Below are positions 26,017 to 32,000 of a stretch of DNA of 32,000 nucleotides, one piece after another. The number at the start of each line of letters is the position of its first letter. The stretch's first letter is position 1. Source of the DNA: Pseudoalteromonas tetraodonis (lineage in GTDB: Bacteria > Pseudomonadota > Gammaproteobacteria > Enterobacterales > Alteromonadaceae); assembly GCF_002310835.1 (NCBI RefSeq), contig NZ_CP011041.1:2430001-2462000 (forward strand). The letters run 5' to 3'. Below the pieces are notes generated by a model. It saw only the letters and a program-made list of their open reading frames with translations. It was not told where the DNA came from and made no database searches. The position numbers were made by a program, and so were the translations under genes.

Positions 26017-26739
26017 TTACTTGTGACGGCTATCTAAGCCTTTCTCTAATAGTGCGTTTAAATTATTAACATCTATTAAAGCACACATTTTTTCTTTAAT
26101 TACTCCAGCAAGCCATGGGCGCTTACTGTTATTTGTACGCCATTTTACATCTTCTTTACTCAATGTAATGTTATTTATTAGTTTTTCTGCTAATAAACCC
26201 CATTGGCTATCACCTAAAGTGATGAGATATTGATAATTTAAAGATGCCTCTAACTGCTCATCGTACTTTTCAGGCATAACCCAGCGAGCGGTATCAACAA
26301 CATTGAGTTTTTCTTCTCGGTTGATCATAACCCCTTTAAACCACTTAGGCTTGCCAAATAAATGATTTACTTCTCCAAGCTCATGAATGCCACCTAAGGC
26401 TTTTAGCGGCACCGCTAAAGTAAGCCCTGCCACTTCAAAAAACAGCGCTTGAAACTCACCATCAAAGTAGTCAGCTTCACCACCTACAGCCACCTCTTGC
26501 TCAGGCACGACGTGTTGCTCTTGGAGAGTGTCAATTTCTACATTCGATACTTGCTTATTAAGCTTTTCAACTTCAACAACAGGCTCAACTATTACTGGTT
26601 GTTCTTTTTGCTCTTCATACGTTACCTGCTCAAGCAGTTTAGCAACAGGCTCAAGGTCTTTTGTTGGTTCGTCATCAGATAATAACGCCCCTAAGTACTG
26701 AGTGACTACTTTTTCATTAGCAAATAATTGCTTACTCAT
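26017..26739 (-). CDS. parP: CheW-domain protein ParP-like (array-ParC coupling protein)
   Basis: Acidic N-terminal region and a C-terminal CheW-like domain (FQALFFEVAGLTLAVPLKALGGIHE...FKGVMINREEKLNVVD). It lies between the parC-like gene and cheW, as in Vibrio and Pseudomonas clusters. Confidence 0.6.
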   Translation of the reverse strand: MSKQLFANEKVVTQYLGALLSDDEPTKDLEPVAKLLEQVTYEEQKEQPVIVEPVVEVEKLNKQVSNVEIDTLQEQHVVPEQEVAVGGEADYFDGEFQALFFEVAGLTLAVPLKALGGIHELGEVNHLFGKPKWFKGVMINREEKLNVVDTARWVMPEKYDEQLEASLNYQYLITLGDSQWGLLAEKLINNITLSKEDVKWRTNNSKRPWLAGVIKEKMCALIDVNNLNALLEKGLDSRHK

Positions 26740-26742
26740 TTA

Positions 26743-27513
26743 TTAACCTTGTTTTATTAAATATTTAAGTAATGCTTTATAAGCATAGACTCCACGCGCA
26801 TTTGGGCAAAAATCTACCGGTACTTTTTGCGCTAAACTTGCATCTCTAAATTTAGTATCCACAGGAATAACGCCTGGCCATACTTTTTCTTTATACGTTT
26901 CTTGTAGTGTTTTATAGGCCTCAAGCGATGCTTTGGTTCGTTTATCATACATAGTTGGAATTATAGTATATTCATAGCTTTTCGCTTGAGAGGTTTGCAT
27001 TAATTCCATAGTACGCATCATTCTATCGAGCCCTTTAAGCGCCAAGAACTCAGTTTGCACCGGCACTAACACTCTTTCACAGGCGGCAAGCGCATTGACC
27101 ATCAGCACACCTAAAACAGGTGGACAATCTAAAATTGCGTAATCGTAATACTCGCTAATTTTAGCCAGTGTTTTTTTTAAAATCAGGCCCATTCCCGTTT
27201 TATTACCCATGCTACGGTCAAGTGTCGCGATCGCCATAGTTGCGGGTAAAATATCAAGGTTTTCAATTGTTGAGGGGCATAATGCTTGCAATATTTCTTC
27301 GCTTTTCATACTCGAGCCGCGAGTAAAAATATCGTAAACACTGACCTCTAAATCTTCTGAATCAATACCAAAGTAATAGGTTAGTGAAGCATGAGGATCT
27401 GTATCAATCAATAACACGCGCTTGCCTTGAAGCGCAAGGATCCCTGCAAGGCTAACCGCTGTAGTGGTTTTGCCTACTCCCCCTTTTTGATTGGCTACTG
27501 TCCAAACTTTCAC
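26743..27513 (-). CDS. parC: ParA/MinD-family ATPase, chemotaxis-array partitioning ParC-like
   Basis: Deviant Walker A VANQKGGVGKTTT and LLIDTDPHASLT. The che-operon context argues against a chromosomal ParA or Soj. Confidence 0.75.
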   Translation of the reverse strand: MKVWTVANQKGGVGKTTTAVSLAGILALQGKRVLLIDTDPHASLTYYFGIDSEDLEVSVYDIFTRGSSMKSEEILQALCPSTIENLDILPATMAIATLDRSMGNKTGMGLILKKTLAKISEYYDYAILDCPPVLGVLMVNALAACERVLVPVQTEFLALKGLDRMMRTMELMQTSQAKSYEYTIIPTMYDKRTKASLEAYKTLQETYKEKVWPGVIPVDTKFRDASLAQKVPVDFCPNARGVYAYKALLKYLIKQG

Positions 27514-27525
27514 ATTACATCCTAA

Positions 27526-28488
27526 TTACTGTTCGTTGCGCGTTGTAACACGGATGCCACCATGCGGTAAACGGATTATTTTTATTGTATCGTCTTGGGC
27601 AGGTAGCTCAATTTCTGGCTGACTTTGCTCTGATACTGAAATTGATGATTTCGTTTGTTCATCAGAGGGCTCGGGTGCTAAACCATATTTAGAAAGTGCA
27701 ATCACGACTTTACGGTTTTCAGCACGCCCAGCTTCGGTATCATTATCGGCAAAGGGCGAGTATTGACCATATCCCTCAATGGCCATGCGCGCGGATTCAA
27801 TGCCCAAACGCTCTAGCTCAACTAATATTGAGGTTGCACGCGCCACTGATAACTCCCAATTAGAACGAAATATTTCATTTCGTATGGTTTCGTTATCTGT
27901 ATACCCGCGTACTCTTATATAGTTATCGACTGATGCGATGATTGCTTCAATTTTTTTTACAATCTCTTTGGCCTTGTTATGTGCAACAGCACTACCACTG
28001 GCAAACAACAATCCGGAATTGAGCTCAATAACCAACCAGTCTTGGCTTAGTTCTAAGCTAGCCTCGCCACTGCGTATCTCATCAATTAGCGACGATTGTA
28101 ATTTAGCCAATAAACTATCCAGCGGCTTACCTAAGTGGCGTTGACTAATATTGCTATTGTCACTTTGACCATCGAGTAACATTGGGTCTTGCTCTAGCTC
28201 TTGAATACTTTCGCCATAGAGAATTTCAGCCTCAGGGGTCACCCTTTCAAGCAATAAAGCATCACCATTTACCCCGTTACCCTGCTGAGAATATTGTTTT
28301 GCAGACTTATCAAAAACATGCTCAAGAGAATCAGATAAAACCTTGATGTTGTCTTCTTTGTTTATCGCAATTGCATACAATACAACAAAAAATGCAAACA
28401 TTATGGTCATATAATCCGCATAAGAAACTAACCAGCGCTCAGTATGTTGGCTCTTTAATTGGTGATGACGTAAGCGACGGCGTAACAT
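27526..28488 (-). CDS. motB: Flagellar stator protein MotB family (Pseudomonas MotD-like position)
   Basis: N-terminal plug and TM helix with the conserved Asp (WLVSYADYMTIMFAFFVVLYA). C-terminal OmpA-like peptidoglycan-binding domain (IRVRGYTDN...SNWELSVARATSI...NRKVVIAL). Confidence 0.85.
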   Translation of the reverse strand: MLRRRLRHHQLKSQHTERWLVSYADYMTIMFAFFVVLYAIAINKEDNIKVLSDSLEHVFDKSAKQYSQQGNGVNGDALLLERVTPEAEILYGESIQELEQDPMLLDGQSDNSNISQRHLGKPLDSLLAKLQSSLIDEIRSGEASLELSQDWLVIELNSGLLFASGSAVAHNKAKEIVKKIEAIIASVDNYIRVRGYTDNETIRNEIFRSNWELSVARATSILVELERLGIESARMAIEGYGQYSPFADNDTEAGRAENRKVVIALSKYGLAPEPSDEQTKSSISVSEQSQPEIELPAQDDTIKIIRLPHGGIRVTTRNEQ

Positions 28489-28493
28489 AGGCG

Positions 28494-29258
28494 CTAATGG
28501 GCCTGTAAAATTGGACGTTCAACGCGGTAGGCTTCAAGCTTTAGTTCAATATTAATAGGGCTCTCACCTTGGCTAATAGCAATTACACCTTCCGCTAACA
28601 TTTCGTGATAAAGCATCTTTTGCTCAACCCGTTGCTTTAGCTTATTGGCCATAGGTAAAAATAATAAATTAGCCAAACCAACACCATATATAGTTGCAAT
28701 GAACGCGGTGGCAATACCCGTTCCTAACTGCTCAGGATCGTTAATAAATGACATGGCTTGAATAAGCCCAAGTACCGCACCTAAAATACCAATAGTTGGG
28801 CTATACCCACCCATTGCTTCATATACCCGGCTAGCATCAAGTAATCGTTCTCGCTCAAGTAATAAGTCAATCTCGAGGGTATCGCGTAGTTTTTGCTCTG
28901 AACAGCCATCAACTAATAAGCTCAGTCCTTTGGCGGCATAGGGATCTGAATGCGCAAGTGCTTCGCTTTCTAATGCTAAATACCCTTCTTGACGGGCTTT
29001 ATGCGACCAGCGTTTTACTTGCTCAATAGCATCTTCAATATCATGGTCGTCGGTAACAAAAACCCAATGAGTAATACCAAGCATTTTTTTAAATGTATTG
29101 GCTGATGTTTGTAGCATCACCGCACCTAATGTACCGCCTAATACAATAATTAGTGCAGGCCCATTAAACAGCGCAGATACCACACCTCCCTCTAAAGAAT
29201 AACCGATTGCAATAGCACCTAATGCAACCAGTAATCCTAAAACAGAAAGCTTATCCAC
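28494..29258 (-). CDS. motA: Flagellar stator protein MotA family (Pseudomonas MotC-like position)
   Basis: MotA/TolQ/ExbB topology. [21 protein letters not shown]...[27 protein letters not shown] is similar to Pseudomonas MotC as I recall it. It overlaps the cheB stop by 8 nt. Confidence 0.88.
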   Translation of the reverse strand: MDKLSVLGLLVALGAIAIGYSLEGGVVSALFNGPALIIVLGGTLGAVMLQTSANTFKKMLGITHWVFVTDDHDIEDAIEQVKRWSHKARQEGYLALESEALAHSDPYAAKGLSLLVDGCSEQKLRDTLEIDLLLERERLLDASRVYEAMGGYSPTIGILGAVLGLIQAMSFINDPEQLGTGIATAFIATIYGVGLANLLFLPMANKLKQRVEQKMLYHEMLAEGVIAISQGESPINIELKLEAYRVERPILQAH

Positions 29259-30402
29259 AGCCAGCCTCTCTTTTTAAACGTGCAGCCACATCATGAAGGC
29301 TAATGCTTTCGCTCGCTAAACCTGCACTGGCTATCGCCTGAGGCATACCATAGACAACACAGCTTTTTTCATCCTGAGCCCAAATTGTAGCGCCAGTTTG
29401 CTTAAGCATGCGAGCACCATCACGACCATCTGCACCCATGCCTGTCAAAATAATGGCAAGCACATCACCTTGATACGCTTTGGCCGCACTGGCAAAGGTA
29501 ATATCAACACTTGGTTTATAGTTTACTCGTTCATTTTTATCTTCAAACACACGAAGGGTTCTATTAGAGCCACGTCCTTCTACCATCATTTGCTGGCCAC
29601 CTGGCGCTAAATAAGCGCACCCAGGTTGTAATCTATCGCCTTGCTGCGCTTCTTTTACCTTAATCTTACACAAGCCATCTAAGCGAGTAGCAAAAGCCGG
29701 GGTAAATGCAGCAGGCATATGCTGTATGAGTAAAATAGGGTGTGGAAAATTAGCAGGTAATTGCGTCAAAATAGTTTGCAGTGCAACCGGCCCACCTGTG
29801 GATGTACCAATAGCAACTAACTGATACTGCTTACCACTGGCACGCGCTGAGGCACTGCTGCTAGTAGATGCAGGACTCGCATTATTAAAGCTACGATCAG
29901 GTTGAACTATCGGCTTTTTAGCAAGGTTAGAAAAGCGCTCAGAGCTGTTTGACGCTGGTTTACTAATACTTGGAGATGGGGCCGTTCTCGTAATTCTTCC
30001 AATACGCTGGCGGCCTATTTCCTTAACCTTATTTTGCAATAACTTAATTGCATCATCGTTATTGCGAGCAATATCTTCAAACTTTTTAGGTAAAAAGTCC
30101 ATCGCCCCAGCATCAAGCGCATCCAAAGTGGCAGATGCCCCTGCTCGTGTTAACGATGAAAACATTAAAATAGGTGTTGGATTACTCGCCATGATCTCTT
30201 TCACAGCACTAATACCATCCAGCACCGGCATTTCAACATCCATGGTGATAACATCAGGACGTAACTGAGCTGTTTTTTCGACGGCCTCTCGGCCATTTAC
30301 AGCAAAGCCTATTACCTCAATGCCGCTGTCTTGTTCAAGAATTTCACTCACTCTGCGGCGAAAAAAGCTTGAATCATCAACTACTAAAACTTTAACAGCC
30401 AT
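29251..30402 (-). CDS. cheB: Chemotaxis response regulator protein-glutamate methylesterase CheB
   Basis: REC domain ([12 protein letters not shown]...[14 protein letters not shown]), an S/A/P-rich linker, and the methylesterase domain (GTSTGGP, IQHMP, GMGADG). Confidence 0.95.
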   Translation of the reverse strand: MAVKVLVVDDSSFFRRRVSEILEQDSGIEVIGFAVNGREAVEKTAQLRPDVITMDVEMPVLDGISAVKEIMASNPTPILMFSSLTRAGASATLDALDAGAMDFLPKKFEDIARNNDDAIKLLQNKVKEIGRQRIGRITRTAPSPSISKPASNSSERFSNLAKKPIVQPDRSFNNASPASTSSSASARASGKQYQLVAIGTSTGGPVALQTILTQLPANFPHPILLIQHMPAAFTPAFATRLDGLCKIKVKEAQQGDRLQPGCAYLAPGGQQMMVEGRGSNRTLRVFEDKNERVNYKPSVDITFASAAKAYQGDVLAIILTGMGADGRDGARMLKQTGATIWAQDEKSCVVYGMPQAIASAGLASESISLHDVAARLKREAGCG

Positions 30403-30455
30403 TTCGCTCTCTTATTCAATGAATGGGTAGGCATAAAGTTTATACCTACTTTTTA

Positions 30456-32000
30456 TTATCCAGCGTAATGCTTTAGCATACTCGGTACATCTAATATCAG
30501 TGCAATTCCACCATCAGAGGTAATAGTCGCACCCGCCATACCCGGCGTACCTTGCAATAATGCATCTAGAGGCTTGATCACCACTTCTTCTTGACCTATT
30601 AGTGAATCAACAACGAACCCTACTTTTTGAGTCCCTATTTGCACAATAACGACATGCCCTTGTGCTTTTCGCTGACCTCTATCAGCGCCTTTTATAAGCC
30701 AATGTTCAAGGTAGAATAATGGAATCGACTTTTTACGAACAATAATCGTTAGCTGGCCATCAACCACATTAGTTTTTGTTAAATCTAAGTGGAATATTTC
30801 ACTTACACCCGCTAGCGGCAAGGCAAAGGTTTGCTCTCCCACCACCACCATTAAGGTAGGCAATATCGCAAGTGTTAGTGGAACTTTGATTTCTAAAGTA
30901 GTCCCTACGCCCATTTCTGATTTTATGTTAACCGAGCCATTGAGCTGAGTGATTTTTGTTTTAACCACATCCATACCAACACCACGGCCAGAAATATCTG
31001 AGATTTCTTCTTTGGTTGAAAACCCAGGTGCAAAAATAAGGTTATAAGCTTCAGTATCAGAAAGACGACTCGCTTGGTCGTGATCAAGCACCCCTTTACT
31101 AATCGCAATCTTTTTAAGCTTTTCAGCATCCATACCGGCACCATCATCTTGGATGGTAAGTAGAATATGATCACCCTGTTGCGAAGCTGATAAAGTCACC
31201 GTACCTGTTCTAGGTTTACCCGCTGCTTCACGAATATCGGGCATTTCAATACCATGGTCGACCGAGTTGCGAACCAAATGCACCAATGGATCGGCCAATG
31301 CTTCCACTAAATTTTTATCTAAATCGGTGTCTTCACCGACAAGTAATAAATTAATATCTTTTTTAAGTGTTCGTGCTAAGTCACGTACAACACGAGGAAA
31401 ACGGCCAAATACTTTTTTAATCGGCTGCATTCGTGTTTGCATTACTGCACCTTGGATATCAGCAGTCACAACATCTAAGTTGGAAATAGCTTTACCCATA
31501 GCCTCGCTATCAGAGTTAGTCGCCAAACTTACTAAGCGATTTCGCACAAGTACTAACTCGCCCACCATGTTCATTATTTGGTCTAGGCGTTTGGTATCAA
31601 CACGTACAGTTGTTTCTGCCGGTGGAGGCGCTGCTTTTTTGGGCGGCGCAGCTTTAGCTGCTTGTGCCGCAGGAGCCGGCTTAGCTGGCTCTGGTTTAGG
31701 CTGTGGCTTAGCTGCAGCAACTGGTTCTGGCTTTTTAGCTGCCACTGGTTCAGGTTTACTTACAGGAGCCGGTGTTTCTATCGACTTAGGTGCACCTTTA
31801 CCATGAAGTTCATCAAGTAAGGCTTCAAACTCGTCGTCACTTATTTCATCATCGCCCGAGCTTTGCTCGTTACTTGGTGGAGCCACAGGAGCTGATGGTG
31901 TTTGTTGTGGTGTACTTGCGGTTGCTTGGCTCACTTCGCCAAAGCTGCCTACACCATGAAGTTCATCCAATAAGCTGTCAAATTCATCGTCAGTTATATC
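30456..32000 (-). CDS. cheA: Chemotaxis histidine kinase CheA, partial (N-terminal P1 lies beyond the window end)
   Basis: P3 dimerisation region. HATPase N box HLVRNSVDHGIE, G1 DDGAGMD, F FAPGFSTK, G2 GRGVGMDVV. C-terminal CheW-like P5 domain. The frame stays open to position 32000, so the TTG at 31970 in the ORF track is not the true start. Confidence 0.93.
   Translation of the reverse strand, partial: DITDDEFDSLLDELHGVGSFGEVSQATASTPQQTPSAPVAPPSNEQSSGDDEISDDEFEALLDELHGKGAPKSIETPAPVSKPEPVAAKKPEPVAAAKPQPKPEPAKPAPAAQAAKAAPPKKAAPPPAETTVRVDTKRLDQIMNMVGELVLVRNRLVSLATNSDSEAMGKAISNLDVVTADIQGAVMQTRMQPIKKVFGRFPRVVRDLARTLKKDINLLLVGEDTDLDKNLVEALADPLVHLVRNSVDHGIEMPDIREAAGKPRTGTVTLSASQQGDHILLTIQDDGAGMDAEKLKKIAISKGVLDHDQASRLSDTEAYNLIFAPGFSTKEEISDISGRGVGMDVVKTKITQLNGSVNIKSEMGVGTTLEIKVPLTLAILPTLMVVVGEQTFALPLAGVSEIFHLDLTKTNVVDGQLTIIVRKKSIPLFYLEHWLIKGADRGQRKAQGHVVIVQIGTQKVGFVVDSLIGQEEVVIKPLDALLQGTPGMAGATITSDGGIALILDVPSMLKHYAG

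Noticed and set aside
3648-30268. All other 60-111 aa track ORFs nested in, or antisense to, large conserved genes. These are 3648-3863, 4478-4729, 4862-5080, 6144-6380, 7507-7701, 8859-9059, 12196-12405, 12904-13140, 13902-14096, 14173-14508, 14861-15160, 16310-16513, 17691-17963, 18425-18706, 18860-19042, 20635-20943, 21266-21598, 22945-23145, 23344-23553, 25406-25594, 26449-26682, 27938-28144, 29398-29610, 30062-30268 and 30923-31174.
   Set aside because: Each overlaps a CDS with strong homology-type evidence. Their translations are compositionally odd (Ile/Leu/Ser/Cys-rich or low complexity), they lack ribosome-binding sites, and none resembles a known family. They are typical shadow ORFs.
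31267-31806. 179-aa plus-strand ORF, Gly/Ala/Ser/Thr-rich, inside cheA
   Set aside because: It is antisense to a well-supported CheA coding region. Its low-complexity GA-rich translation mirrors the Pro/Ala/Lys-rich CheA linker. It has no independent start context or family resemblance.
1-32000. Scan for CRISPR arrays, IS or transposase ends, integrases, tRNA/tmRNA/rRNA, long direct repeats, or composition shifts marking an island or defence locus
   Set aside because: Nothing was found by eye. Every long ORF has a housekeeping, respiratory or motility identity with conserved synteny. Apart from the two in-frame CheA linker repeats reported above, the only repeats are short terminator hairpins and the 11-bp inverted repeat. 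A computational scan (CRISPRCasFinder, ISfinder BLAST, tRNAscan-SE, Infernal, DefenseFinder/PADLOC) would be needed to make this negative result firm.

Overview
This window looks like a gene-dense, conserved core-chromosome segment of a moderately AT-rich marine gammaproteobacterium. Gene order and protein sequences resemble Alteromonadales or Pseudoalteromonas, but that assignment is inference only.

The window divides into five blocks:
1. M28 peptidase, a YhbQ-like GIY-YIG protein, then the classic bamE / rnfH-ratA / smpB block.
2. A monocistronic TonB-dependent receptor.
3. A 2-Cys peroxiredoxin, fadR-nhaB-dsbB (E. coli-like synteny), a small dsbB-coupled membrane ORF, comEA, a perfect LexA box plus yebG, putP, and an EAL-HDOD protein.
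4. mlaA plus a complete System I cytochrome c maturation operon, ccmABCDEFGHI.
5. A FliK-like and FlhB-C-like gene pair facing the distal end of a polar-flagellum chemotaxis operon: cheA (partial, runs off the window), cheB, motA/C-like, motB/D-like, parC, parP, cheW and a DUF2802-like gene.

Most intergenic gaps contain clear rho-independent terminators. I found no rRNA, tRNA, tmRNA, CRISPR array, IS element, integrase, phage gene or recognisable defence gene, and no compositional island.

I cannot point to a convincing brand-new system here. The most interesting under-characterised element is the translationally coupled pair at 22574-25050, an orphan FliK-like protein followed by a free-standing post-cleavage FlhB C-domain. 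Secondary observations:
- The M28 peptidase N-terminus is encoded upstream of any canonical start codon.
- ssrA is absent next to smpB.
- The fadR-nhaB spacer holds an inverted repeat and a FadR-like dyad.
- The CheA linker carries a duplicated acidic motif.

Several ORF-track starts (ratA, peroxiredoxin, ccmF, possibly putP and ccmA) look too far upstream and are trimmed or flagged below.
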